From NCBI GenBank assembly GCA_004431415.1, contig QPMI01000113.1, positions 124,001 to 188,000 on the forward strand: a stretch of 64,000 nucleotides of DNA, in the 5' to 3' direction. Made by a program: the position numbers and the translations under genes. Below the pieces are notes generated by a model. The model was given only the letters and a program-made list of their open reading frames with translations, did no database searches and had not been told where the DNA came from. This document shows positions 24,881-37,443 of this stretch, piece after piece (positions within the stretch are counted from its first letter, which is position 1; each line of letters opens with the position of its first letter). Source of the stretch: Cyanophora paradoxa CCMP329. Its lineage: Eukaryota > Plantae > Glaucophyta.

Positions 24881-26417
24881 ATGGCGGACGACACGGGCCC
24901 CGGCGGGGCGCGCGCCACTGACCCAAAATTTGAGACAGTGACTCTGAAGACCGTGGCAGAAGCCGACGGCGCCTTCGCAGCGCTCGTTGGCGGTGCCGGC
25001 CGCCGCGAGCCGGCCGCGGAGCAACCTGCGGCCGCGAAGCGGGCGCAGGCGGTGCGTTGCAGCGTGCCAGATCCCTCCGAAGCGGTCGGCCGCGGCGCGA
25101 ACAGATCCGGTGAGTCCTTGCTCGCGCGGCGTTCCCGCGCTTTTAACGCGTGCTGCGGCGTTTTCGATCTTGTCTGGATCCTTCGAAACAGCCGCTGAGC
25201 GCGCCCGCGCGGCCCGCCTGCCGAGCGGCGTGCACGTGCTCTGGACGCTGCGGCAGTCCCGGAGTCCTAACGTGCTTCGCACAGGAATGTGAGATCGGCC
25301 TCGTCGCCTTCGCACGACGGTGAGCTCCGCCCGCTGCACCCGCCCGCGCGCGGCCGCGGCCGGCGCCCGCTCGCCCGCTGCAATTGTGACCCCCGCTCGT
25401 CGCCTGCAGCACACCGCTTGCATCAGCTACATCTTTAGCTTGCGCAGGGAGCACTGGGCGGCTTCGCCGCGCGGTGCTGCGCACCTGGCCCTGCCGCGCA
25501 GTGCTGCGCATGCGCACCTGGCCCCTAGGCCTGCCGCACCTGGCACCTGGCCCCCGGGCCCGCTGGGCCTCGCCCCTGCACGGCCGCTGTCCGGGGCGAG
25601 CTGACGCCTCGGCCCTGCAGCTGCGCAGGCTATGCGCAGGGCCCGCCGCCCGCCGCCCGCCGGCTGCGCATGCTTCAGCTTCGTCGACTCCAGGTTCGCC
25701 CCGCCGCTGCTGCTGGGCACCTGGCCCGGCCGCTCCCGCTGGGCCCCGCCCCTGCACGGCCGCTGTCCGGGGCGAGCTGACGCCTCCGAGGCTCGGCCCT
25801 GCGCAGGCTATGCGCAGGGCCCGGCGTCGCCTGCCGCTCCGCCCGCATCCCCGCCCGCCGCCCCACCGTCTGCCTCAGCTTCGTCTGCTCCAGGTTCGCC
25901 CCGCCGCTGCTGCTGGGCACCTGGCCCGGCCGCCCCCGCTGTGCCCCGCCCCTGCACGGCCGCTGTCCGGGGCGAGCTGACGCCTCGGCTCTCCGCATGC
26001 GCAGGCTATGCAGAGGGCCCGGCGCCACCTTCCTCTCCCCCCGCATCTCCGCCCGCCGCCCCACCGGCTGCCCGCCAGCCTGGTGCCGCCGCCCGCCTCC
26101 CCCCCTCCCCTCCCCCCCCCTCCCCCCCTCCCCCCCCCCCCCCCCCCCCCTCCTCCGGATCCCCTTCCGGGATCCCCCTCCCTGCAATGTGTACGCGGTC
26201 TGCTAGTATACTGGAGACGACGCGGTATACTGTGGGCGCCTCCTCTGCGCCCTCGCCTCAGCCGCCGCGTGCGGCCGCGGAGGGCGGCGAGGGGGCGGAG
26301 GAGGGAGCCATCGGGGCGGGGGCGGTGCTCGCGGCGGAGATCCTGCGCCGCTGCGCGCGGGACGACGCGATCCTTGCCCGTGCCGCCAGACCACGGCCGC
26401 GCGCGGTGCCTAGGTAA
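24881..26417 (+). CDS. Possible host gene, unknown function, containing an internal triplication
   Basis: ATG-initiated, protein-like first exon (MADDTGPGG…KFETVTLKTVAEADGAF). Downstream structure is unclear. Confidence 0.3.
25542..26025 (+). repeat. Three imperfect tandem copies of a ~175-200 bp unit
   Basis: GCCCCTGCACGGCCGCTGTCCGGGGCGAGCTGACGCCTC and GCGCAGGCTATGC each recur three times. Confidence 0.85.
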
Positions 26418-26425
26418 ATTAGAGA

Positions 26426-26493
26426 CGGCGCTTTCATGTACCGCCGCGGCGCTTTCATGTACCGCCGCGGCGCTTTCATGTACCGCCGCGGCG
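26426..26493 (+). repeat. 21-bp tandem repeat x3
   Basis: CGGCGCTTTCATGTACCGCCG three times. Confidence 0.9.
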
Positions 26494-26669
26494 CCGCGGC
26501 GCTAACAAGATCGTCTATAGAGGCGCGCAGCAGTGCCGCGGCGGCACTTATTCTAAGCTGCAAGCGATGCCCAGTGAATGATCATGAGTGATATATGAGG
26601 CTTCTTGAGTGGTAATATGCAATATACATGCTGTCATTAAGTGGTTATGGATTCACCCTCCGAGGTCAG

Positions 26670-27375
26670 TTTTCATGATGACGGAGTTGGGGTGAGGTGG
26701 GGCGGCCCGCAGCAGGTGCGCCACCGTGAACGCCCGCCTGCGCCCCCGTCACCCGCACCGCCCGGCTCGCCCCGCGCAGGGCCCGGGCCCCGCACCCCGC
26801 GCCCACGTCCACGAAGATCTGAGGCGGGGGCCCGGGGCGCGTCAGGCGAGGGCCGGGGCCGGGGCCGGGGCCGGGGCCGGGGCGGGGCGCCTTGCAGGCG
26901 AGGTGGGGCTCCCTGTGCTCGCCGGCGTACTCCAGGCACGTCGCCACGTCCGACATCAGGAAGCTGCCGCCTCGTCAGGCGCCGCCCCGGGCCGGCGGGG
27001 CGGGGCGGGGCGGGGCGGGCGCGCTTGTAGTGCTGCGTGGAGGAGGCGGCGAGGACGCACTGGAAGGCGATGCGGAAGAGGTTCTTCAGCACGAAGCCCG
27101 GCGCCTCCTCCTGCGCCGGCGTCGGCGAGGCGGAGGCGGGGGCGGGCCGGCCGGCGATCGGCGCACGGGGGGGAGGGGCTCGTCAATCACGCCCATCTCG
27201 TAGAGCAGCGCCGTCCCCAGGCCCTGCGAGCGCGCGTCGAGAATTTGCGGTGCGGGGCCAAGCGCGCCGCACGCCGAGCCGGAGGCGGCGGCGGCGGCGA
27301 GCGCGCCATCGCCATGCGCACCGAGCGCACCGACGGTGTCCACAGATGGGGGAACACCCAAACGCTCTCGCTCAA
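26670..27375 (-). CDS. Host multi-exon gene, unknown function
   Basis: Exon peptides ILDARSQGLGTALLYEMGVIDEP, VLKNLFRIAFQCVLAAS and LMSDVATCLEYAGEH between GC-rich introns. Confidence 0.4.
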
Positions 27376-28723
27376 TGGAACGAGGTCCCGCGCGGCGACG
27401 ACGCTGCGGCGGCGGTAAGCGTGGCACTACGCGGCGGCGGCGGCGGAGCGCACTACGCGCGTGCGATCTGGTGGTCCTCTCGCGAGCGCAGGTTGAAGTC
27501 GTCCGACGATCGGCGGTGCTGTACTGCGGCAGGCGCAGCTTCCGCGCCGGTGGAGGACGGCCATAGAGCTAGTGCACTGGCCGCTAGCCATAGCTATATG
27601 ACGACTCCGGAAGCTCGGCCGCACGCTTGTTCGGCCGCACGACTCCGGTACCCCGTACCCCTGCGCTGTTGTGGCCGCCCAAATCCCGCTCCTGTGCTTC
27701 GGCGAGCGCGCCGAGTGCGCATATCGGCTGAAACTTGCTTCTAATAGCTGCAAAGAGCTTATCGAACGCCCGCCCGTCACCTCGCGGCCGCGGATGCGCC
27801 TGGTGTGCGGGTGCGCGGGCGGGCCGGAGCCAGTGCGAACGACTTCTAACCGCTGCGCCTCTATCTTCGGTGCTGCTGTCGCCCCGGCTGTGCGCCTCTA
27901 AGCGACGATGGTACTGTCACTGACCGCGACCCAGGCGGAGCGGGACACCGGCCGATGAACTGCACTCTACGCCCAGTGGGCCAATTCTGTGCGCGGGCGC
28001 GATGCTCCCCGCACGCCCTGCACCGCGCCATCACTACTGATAACCCACCCCTTCGGAATTGAACAATCCTGGGGGGTATAGAATGCGCTCAGTGGTCCCT
28101 CACAAACATCGTACTGTCAGTGTTTCGTACAACGTGCCGGCACTGCGGCGAATTCGAACTCGCATGCATATGCGCATGCGCAATCAACGAATTGCTTGTA
28201 CTGTATGTACATGCCATGATGTGGCACCCGGTGACCGGTACCGTAGTACCGTGCGTACGTATACTGCGGTAAACATGTACATGTACATGTCACAGTCTCA
28301 TGATCATGATCAAGCGCCAAGCCTAAGTTGAAGTTTCTTTCATGCTCAAAGCCATGAAAGCGCCACATGTACAGAGTTGCGATCACCGGTACCGGATCGG
28401 ATCTCATGTATACTAGTATACGTAGGCGTAACATAAGCGTTAACGTTCTCATGTACAGCGCGGCCGCGGCACGATATCGATGTCCACGTGCACGTACAGC
28501 GCCGCGCGGCGGTCGCCGCAGTACCACAGCTAGCGCGCCTCTCGGGGCGTGCGGTGACGGGATGCCCGCGGCCGGCGCCCTGCAGCGCACCTGCGGTCAG
28601 TGCAGCCGAGAGCCGGCGACGGCGGGCTCAGAGCCGAGGGCGCACGTCGAGCCTCGGAGGACTCGCTGCGCCGCACCAGCGAGCCGGGGCGCGCACTCGC
28701 GGCGGCCGCGGCGGGGCGTGGCG

Positions 28724-30077
28724 TCAGGGCGGGGGCGGGGCGCCGGGGCCGGGGGCCGGAGCCCTGCAGCGCATCCTGTAGACGGTGATGGTGGCGCCGG
28801 GCACGGACGTCTCCCGCTCCTGGCCCCGCCCCCGGCCGCGCTCAGCACCAGGCGCCCAGCAGCGGGGCGCCACACCCGGCGCCCGCGCCGGAGGCTCGCG
28901 TCCAGCTACAACGAACCCGTGCGCCGCTCTTACAAGGCGGGCAGCGGAGAGGCGCGCCCAAAAGGCGGGGAGGAGGGAGGCGAGGGGGGAGGGCGGGTCG
29001 CACCGCGGTAACCTCGAATCGCTTGGCGCAGCGTTGGAAGAAGCGCCGGTCGGCCTTGCGGCGCTTCTGCGCGGGGCTCAGCGGGGGGAGGAGGGGCGGG
29101 GGCGCGGGGGCGGGCCTGGTAGACGAGGGTGAGGTGGGTGGCGGGGGTGGCGAGGAGGCGCCCGAGGGTGTCGAGCAGCAGCTCGAAGGTCGACTCGAGG
29201 TACACCACGTCCGCAGCTGCTCCCCCGCCCCGCCCCCGCCTCAGGGGGGGCCCGCCCCCGCGAGGGCCCCCCGCCCCGCCCCGCCCCCGCCCCGCTGCCC
29301 TCTCCCGCCCCGCTCTGCGCGGACCTATGACGAGATCCACGGGCCCCCCGACGTGCTCCACGGGGCCGCCCCTGCGCCGGCGCGCGTCGATGCTGAGCGG
29401 CGGGGCGGGTGCCGGGGGGCGGGGCGGGGCGAGCCAGGGGAGAGCGAGGGCGCGGGCGCGGTTGGCGGGGATGCCGTTGAGGGCGATGTTCTCTTCGATG
29501 AGGGGCACGACGGGCTCCAGGTCCGTGATCACCGCCTCGGACGCCCCGCAGAGCACCGCCGCGATGCCCGCCAGGCCCGTCCCCGCCCCCTGCCAGACTG
29601 CTCGGCCCCCGCATCGCCGCGCGGATCCGGACCGGCTGCTCGCGCACCAGCTCGAGTACGCGCTTGCCTCGGACCAGCTCCCCGTTCTCATGCATCCAGC
29701 GAGAGAGGACCAACGCGCACGCCCACACGTAGAACCTGGGCGCGGGGTGCTAAGAATCGGCGCAGAGCCGGCGTGATATCGATTCGGAGTCGGGATTGCG
29801 CACGCGACGCCCTTGTGCGGAGTCGTTCGTATCCGCACTGTCCCGCAGGGAACTGCATCGGCGTTAGCTAAGCGCTGCCCTCGTTCCGCGCGGCGTGCTG
29901 ACGTTGGTACTCGACAATCTCCGTGCGCTCCTCGACCAACTTCTCCGAATCGCTGCGCGGCGAGTGGCGGGCGTCAAACTGAGCGAGTTCGCGATAGCTT
30001 GGTGTGTGAGGCGCACACCCGCTCTCCAGGTTGCCCCAGCAGTACTCGAGATCCTCAACCTCTTCGCCCGCAGACAT
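28724..30077 (-). CDS. METTL21-like (family 16) protein lysine methyltransferase, multi-exon
   Basis: W…LVLSRW, GKRVLEL|GAGTGLAGI, VITDL, ENIALN, LPW|G, DLVIG|ADVVY. Confidence 0.88.
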
Positions 30078-30474
30078 CTGAGCTAGCGCTTTGGCACTAA
30101 GTGAAGCTAAATATAAGATCGATCAACTTCGACCAGATAGCGATCGGCGCGGCGCCGCGCGCGAGCGTCGAGCTCGAGCTAGCCTCGGCCTTTCTATTGT
30201 ACCCCTCGACGGGCTCATGGGCCCGGCGGAGAATCGAACCCTGTATCGTTTTGACTCGAATGTCGATGTCGACACACACATGAGTACTTCAATGTTAACG
30301 TTAATTTAGCTTACAGATCCAGGGGACTTCCTACCGAGGCCACTGTTTACGAGGCCCCGGGCCCTGAGGAAACATATCATAGTATCGAGGGCGCCGGCAT
30401 GCGTACGTGGGCGGAACGCAATCCTACAAGCTTAGGCTTAAGGACTCTAGATCTAGATCTAAGCTGGGGCCGGG

Positions 30475-33400
30475 CTACCCGAGGATGGGGGAGAAGGAGG
30501 CGGCGGGGGCCCCCGGGGTGGGCGACCCGAAGAGCATCTCCCGGATGTGCTCCTTCGTCCGCCCGGGTGCCGCCTTCGTCAGGTACTTCTTCACCAGGTC
30601 CTCCTGCGCGCCCGCACCCCCCGATGAGCGCCGGCTCCGGGCCCGGGGGCGCTGGCGGGGCTGCGGGGGCGGGGCAGGGGCACCCGCTCGCGCTCCCGGA
30701 CGCCGTCGACGTAGGCCTGGATGCGCTCCTCGGTGGCGGCGCGGCGGAGGACGCGGCTGCGCGCCACCGCCTCCTTCGCGTCCCGCTCTTGCGTCCCCGC
30801 CGTCGGCACGTGCAGCGACTGCTCCGCGTACGCGCTGCTGAAGCGCTCCGACTCGCTCATGAAGCCCGGGCTCCCCGCCTGCCCCGCCGCCCTCAGCGCC
30901 TGCGGGGCGCGCGCGTGGCGGGGCCCGGGCCCGGGGCGGAGGGCGGCGGACCGCGGGGCGGAGGAGGGGCGCGACGTTGAGGGAGCACTCGGCGCGCGAG
31001 GGCGCCGCGGGGCCGCCCCGCGAGGGCGGCGTGCGGGGCCGCCCCGCCCCGCCCTCCGCGCCGGGCGCCGGCCTCCACGCCTCCAGCGGCAGCGACCCGT
31101 CCGGCGTGCTGCGGAGCGCTCAGCGGAGGGGGCGGGGGCGGGAGGGGCGCGGCGGGGGCGACCTCTGGGAGGCGCGGGCGAGGCGTAGATCGGGGGCGCG
31201 AGGCGCGGGCGCCCCGCAGAGACGGCCGCCCCGCCCGCTCCGACCTGCCCGCCCCGCCCGTCACGCGCGCCGCCCCGCGCGGCCGCGGCCGCGGCGCCGG
31301 CGCGCGGGGGCAGGCGGACCCGTCGGCGGTGCGGATGACGTTGACGAACTCGTCGTAGGCGATGAGGCCCGCCGGCGAGCCCCGCCCCTGCCCCGCCGCC
31401 GGCGTCGGCCCCGGCCGCCTCCGCGGGGCGGGGCGGGGGCACCTGGGCGGCGCAGCCGGCGACGACGGCCTCGGCCTCGGCCTCCGTCAGTGGCCCCGAC
31501 GGCAGCGCGAGCAGCGCCCGCTTCAGCTCCTCCCGCGTCACCGCCCCCTGCCCGCCCTCTGCGCCCCCGAGGCCCGGCGTCGGGGCCGGCGCAGGGCGGC
31601 GGGCTCGAGCGGGGCGCGCCTGTCTGCGCGCTGCCGGCGGCGCCCCGGAAGGCCTGCCGCATCTCCGCGAAGGCGCTCTTGCGGAGGAGCTGCCGGAGAG
31701 CGAGGGCGGGGGCGTCGGCGGCGGGCCGGCCTCGGCCCAGGCCCCCGGCGCGCGCACCTTGGGCCGCGCGATCTCCAGCGCGGTGGGCGCCGGGGGCGTC
31801 GGCGGCGGCCGCGCGTGGCCCCGCGGCCTCTCGTTGACGCGCCTGCGGGGGCGGGGGCGGTGAGGGCGGGGCCTGGCGGGGCGGGGGGCGGCCTGGCGGG
31901 CGGACTCCGGGGCGACGTGGGTGAGGTTGAAGTCGAGGATGGCGGCCGAGATGGCCCGCGACTGCTCCGCCGCCTCCCGCCCCGCCCCTCCTCTCCCGCC
32001 ACCAGCCACGGCGCCACCGACCTGCCCCCGCCCCCGCCGCGTGAGCCCCCGGGGGCGCGGGCGGGGGCGCGGGGCGGGGGCACATGGCGGGGGTGAGGCA
32101 GCCGGGGGCCGGGGAGGGGCTCGAGCCGGCTGCGGCGTCCCCGCCGTCGCCTGCGCGTCCAGCAGGAAGGCCCCCGTCGCGTCTGCCGCCCCCGCCCCCG
32201 CCCGCCTCGGCCCCTCGCGCGCGGCGGGGCGGGGGCGGGGCGGGGCCGGGGCGAGGCGGGGGCGGGGGCGGGGGGCGCACGCTCGTCCATGTAGCGCATG
32301 AACTCGGCGTAGTTGATAAAGGGCCCGCCGCCCTCCTCGCCGCCCTCGTCGAGGGCGGCGAGCACCTCGTGCACGGCGGGGCGCGCGGCGGCGATGCCCA
32401 TGCGGGAGAGCCCCGCCGAGAACTCCTCCTCGGTGAGGAACCCGTCCCCGTCCCCGTCCAGCGAGATGAAGACCTTCCCCTGCGCCCGCCCCCGCGTCGC
32501 GCCCCCTGCGCGCCGCGCGAGCGGCCCCCGCGCGCACCATGCGGTTGCGGGCGGCCTTCTGCTGCACGTACGTGCGCATCGCCTCGAGCAGCCGGCGCGC
32601 CTCGGGCGTCAGCGCCGGGTCCGCCAGCAGCGCCCTCCGCTTGAACGCCCCGTGCGCCCCGTGGCCCATGTTGAAGGCGTTCCCCGCCGTGGGGGGCGCC
32701 CTGGGGCCCGCCTTGCCGCCGGCGAGGGCGAGGCTCCCCTCCGACTTGCTCAGGGCGCGCAGCATGGCGGCGTAGTCGAGGCGGCCGCCGCCGTCGGGGG
32801 CGGGGAAGCGCGCCGCGAGCTCCTCGGCGGTCGCGAGGGGCACGTCCATGTAGTAGAGCTCCCGCAGCGCCTCCCGCACGCCGGCCGCGCTCACCAGCCC
32901 CTCGCTCCGCTCGTCCAGCCGCCCCAGCGCCTTCCTCAGCCGGCCCCCCTCCTGCGCCACCTTCGAGTGCAGCGTCCGCAGCAGCCGCCGCGCCGGCTCG
33001 CTCAGGGGGCGCTGCTTGCCGCGCAGGAGGGGCACGTAGGACTGGGCCGGGGAGGGCGAGCGCAGGGAGGCGCCCCACGAGGCCGAGGGCGACTCCGGGA
33101 GGTGCGCGCCCCGCGGCGCGTGCGGCAGCGCCGGCTCGGGGCTCGAGGCGGGGCGGCCCTGCGAGGGCGAGGGCGGGCGCGGCGGGGCGGCCGCCGGCAT
33201 GGAGGCCGCCGAGGAGGGGGCCGCGGAGGGGGAGCACACGAGGGGGCCGGCGGCGCGGAGGGGGAGCGCTGGAGGAGCGGGGGCGGGGTCCGCGGCACGC
33301 GGAGGCCCCGGAGGAAGGAGGCCTCGGGGAAGGGCGTGTAGGCGTGCGACGGTCGCCCGCTGTACACGTGCGCCAGCGGGCCCGCCACCGCCTGGCCCCG

Positions 33401-34740
33401 CCCCCAGTCGCCCCAGCCCCGCCCCCAGGGCGTGGCGGCGCGGCGGCGGGAGGGCGCACGGGCTTCTTCTTCGTGGCGGGGGTCGTGTCGATGGCGTCGG
33501 GGGCCGTCCGCGGCCGCCCAGTCGCCCCCGTCGCCGACGCCGCCCCTGCCCCGCCCGCCCGCCCGCGTGAGGGGCGAGGGCGGGGCGAGGGGGCGGCCGG
33601 GCTGCCGGGCACCCTCGGGGCTCGGCGAGGGAGGGCGCGCGGGGACTCCGGCTCGGGGCTGATGCCGTGCTCCTGGGGCGCGAGGGGCGGGCCGAGGTCA
33701 GGGCGCCCTGGGAGGGCGGCGCGAGGGCGGGGGGCGGCGGGGCGCACGGTGTGGGCGAGGTGGTCCCGCACGTAGGAGGGCACCGGCTGCGCGGGGCCGA
33801 GTAGTTGCCCCTGCCGCCGCGCTCCGTCAGGGGCGGGGCGTGGGCCGGGGCGGGGCGGGGCGGGGCGGGGTCACCCGGCGGCGTCGGTGAGGCTGGCGAG
33901 GAACTCCATGTAGTCGATGGAGCCCGAGCCGTCGGCGTCCACGTGCCGCAGGATCCGCCCCAGCACCTCCCCCGACACCTGCCGTCCCGCTCGGCCCCGG
34001 CCCCGCCCCCGCCTCCCCCGCCCGCCCCCGCGGGGGCGCGCCTTGGCGTGGAAGAACTCGAGGACCTTCGCCAGCTCCTCCGCGCTCACGACGCCTGCCC
34101 GCCCCCCGCCGCCCCCTCGGCCCCCCGCGCAGCGCCGGCGCCCTGGAGGGGCGGAGCGGTCCCCCCGCACCGTCCCGGTTCGCGTCGTACTTCAGGAACT
34201 GCGTGCGGAACTGCAGCCCGTGCTGTCGCGCCTGCGCCCGCTGCTCCCGCGCCCCCGCGTCAGCGCCCGGGGACGGCGCCGTCTGAGAAAGCGGCCGGGC
34301 GCACGAGCAGCTCGAGGTAGCGCTTGACTTCGGCGTCCTGCGCGCCACGGGGCCGTCAGACCGGCTCGTCGCAGCTAAGCTAAGGCGCGGGGCGAGCCTT
34401 GGGGTCCACTTTGACGAGGGGGCGCACGCCCTCGTTGCGGTTGGGCATGTGGCGCCCCGGGAAGGCAGCGCCGTCGAAGACGATGTGGTCTGCATGCGGG
34501 GCCGCCGTGAGCGCCCCGGGGCGCCCGCGAGGCCGCCCGGCGTGCAGCCGGCGTCGGGCGCCGAGCGGGGCGCACCGACGTTGGCGGTCATGGCCCCGTC
34601 CTCCTTGAAGCCCCGCTTGCCCCCGCTGCGACGCAGCTGAGCCGTTGGCCACGCGGCACCCCGCGGCGGGCGGCCTACTGGAAGTCGGCGCCAGCCTGAG
34701 GAACCAGCCCAGGGCCGATGTGGGATGCCGATGAAGCATG
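30475..34740 (-). CDS. Large multi-EF-hand calcium-binding protein, multi-exon
   Basis: EF loops YDANRDG|VVSAEE, DADGSGSIDYMEF, DGDGDGFLTEEEF and INYAEF. Start approximate. Confidence 0.8.
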
Positions 34741-35215
34741 GTGGAGGACCTTGGGGGCGGGCGGCGTGCTCCCTCGCGACCCCGACCTCTGCGCGGAGAG
34801 TGAGTCGCGGCGGGCTAGCTAGCAATGAAAGCTGGACTCTTAGCTAAGGATATGAGCGGGGCGTATAGGGGCCGAGGCTCGGGGAAGCCGGCCCGATCGG
34901 TGCCCGCAGCACGAGGCGGCAGCCGTTTCCACACGTTGTTGCGTATCCCACGCACAGATAAATTCGTTTTCTCGCCTCCAGGAGGCCGCGTTCGACCTGT
35001 CATCGCTCTGTTGCTCTGTTCTTAGATTGCTCTGTGACTGTAACCCCCTGGGCAGGCATTCGTGTACCCAGCCTTCGTCGTGGCTTAGTCTGCGCGTTAG
35101 GATAGAGGCAAGGTAACTAGGTCCCTCGCGGGCGTGGCGTATGCGCTAGGCGAGCTACGGATGCTTTAGGCTCAGCCGGCGTGGCCGTCTTCAGCACAAC
35201 TTGACACACGGCCGC

Positions 35216-37441
35216 ATGGCTGCGGAGTCCGCTGAGGTGCCGGAGGAGTGCGCATGGGCAGCGCCATCGGACGACGCGCGGGCAGCGAAGCGCGCGAGGC
35301 GAACGGAAGGCCAAGGCCGCGAGTCGGCCGATGCATCTCCCGCAATCAGCCTGGCAGCACTGGAGCGCGGGGACCCGGAAGCGCTCGCCAGCCTCTTGTT
35401 GGAGCTCGAGCAGCGCTCATTTTCGTCGCTGGAGCTCGAGCCGGCCGATCAGCAGGTATTCATCGATACGGAAGAAGCGGCGCTCGCGTTCTTCCGCGGT
35501 GCGTCGCGCGAGGAGAAGGAGGCGGTGCGCGTCCTCTTCCAGGACTCGTCGGAGGGCAAAGCGCTCGTGGGGTGTGCACGCGTTACATTGCTCGCACCGC
35601 TAGCGCTCGCCGCGTACCGCTGCTCACGTGTGCGTTCCCGGGCAGGTACAACAGTGTGAGGGGAGTTAAGGAGCTCTTTCGCGTGAGGAGGCACGCCCCC
35701 GGCGAGACGCACCCGTGGCCGAACGCCGTGTTGCGGGAGCGAGCCTCGCTCGCCTTCGCTGTGATGGACCGCGCCGTCGCGGTCTGCCTGGCGGCTTGCT
35801 TCGCCGCCCTTGGATTTGATTTGGAGCACCTTCTCTCCGAGAGTGGCGACCCCGACCCGCCGCGCTCCTTCGCCGCCTCCCCGTTCGACCTCTTCCTGTA
35901 CTCGAACGCCCCCGGGGCCCCGCCCGACGCCCCCAACTGCCACGGTGCCCGCCCGCCCCGTCGCCCTCCGCACCCGTCCCAATGAGGGCGGCGGGGGGCG
36001 CAGAGCACACAGACCCTGGGTGCGCAGGGTCCTCTTGCGGGGCCGTGGCGAGTGCGCGCCTTGAATGCACACGAGCGCAGCTTCTTCACGGCCTCGGGAT
36101 TCGCGTACCCCGACCTGGAGAGAAAGTAGGTAGCGGGCTCCTGCCCGCTGGGCGCCTCTCCGGCTGCCGCGAATCGCCTCGGCGGTGCCTTTAGCCCTCC
36201 TCTAGCTGGTTAGCCGCGCGTCCGTTAGGAATCCGCTCCGTGGGTCGGTTCGGTGAGCTACTCCAGCGGACACCAGCGGCGGCTTCAGCAGCTGCTCTCT
36301 CGTTCAGCCCAAGCACTTCTCTGCGGCAGCGATCGGCCGCCCGCGGCTATGGGGCCGGCGACCTGCGCTGCGCCCGCGCAGATGATCGTCGGTCGTGTGA
36401 GTGCACGCCCGCGTCGCGGCCGTGGGCGTCGCGGCCGCACAGATGCTTGGATTCCTGGCGAGGCGACGTGCTTCTGAGCACTCGGGCGGCCCGGGGCCTC
36501 CCAACCCCCGCCGCAGCGGACTCCGCGCGCGCGCGCGCCAGCTGGAGGAGGTATCTCTCGGCCGAGGAGCACAGGTTGCCGGCTGCGGCCGGCGATGCTG
36601 TGCGCCCGCCGGTTTTCACCCGGGCTCTCATGATCACGGGCTCCGGTTTCCGGCCCTCCCTGGGGTTATAATTAGTCGGCCTTGCTCTCTTAGTGCGCTT
36701 CTTCCCTGCCAAATTGAGGGCTATAGTTCAGGCTCAGCCGCTTCGACCTCATCCTCGCTTATACATCGGTCCTCTCTGTAGGCGCCCTTGTCCTGAGGGG
36801 GGTTATAGTAGCTCTGCTCTGCTTCGGCTCTCTAGGCAGGTGTAGGCAGTGTTTCTAGGCAGGTATAGGCCCCTTTCTCCAGTACAATAGCTCCACCCGG
36901 TCCGATGTCCGAAAGGCTTGTTCCCGTAGGCTCATCTTTCGACTTGACACACTGTGACAGATGGACACTGCAGTCATATCCCAAGCCATTTGTCTCGGTG
37001 TGTGCGAATTCATTTGTAATGACTTCTTCACGGCCTCGTGGAGCCGCACGCCCGGCCTCGCCTGCCTGGACCTCGGCCCCGACCCGCCGGCCTGCAGCTG
37101 GCGCCCCGCGGCGGCCCCGGGCCGCCTCGCCGTCTTCCCCGACCGCGCCCTGCAGGAGATCTCGGGCAGGCGCTTCCCCGCAGGTGCGGGCGCTCGCCGG
37201 TGCAGGCCTCGGGGCGGCGCCCTCGCCCCGCAGCGGCCGATCGCGAGCGCCCGCAGCGGTGCACAGGGTGGAGCGGGAGGAGGGCCCGCCCCGCCTCGCC
37301 CTCGTCTACGAGCTCAGGCCCCGCACCGGCGCGCCCATCGCCCCTCCGCCCTCCGACCCCGCCCCCGGGCCCCCGACCCCAAACCCGGCCCCGGCATCGC
37401 CGGCCGTCGCGGCTGGAGGCGCCGCCGCCGCAGCGCACTAG
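35216..37441 (+). pseudogene. 2OG-Fe(II) oxygenase, interrupted by an exonic insertion
   Basis: CH|EHTDPG|FFT (HxD), AVHRV and RLALVYELRP. The exon after HTD is split by the 36097-37022 insert. Confidence 0.75.
36097..37022. mobile_element. 926-bp insertion with a 16-bp TSD (SINE-like or truncated non-LTR retroelement)
   Basis: CTTCTTCACGGCCTCG at 36081-36096 and 37023-37038. Removing the insert restores the reading frame. Confidence 0.85.
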
Positions 37442-37443
37442 TA

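Noticed and set aside
12400-37400. Dozens of long overlapping Arg/Gly/Pro/Ala-rich ORFs in the ORF track
   Set aside because: Artefacts of very high GC and read-through of short introns. Only the embedded exon peptides are credible.
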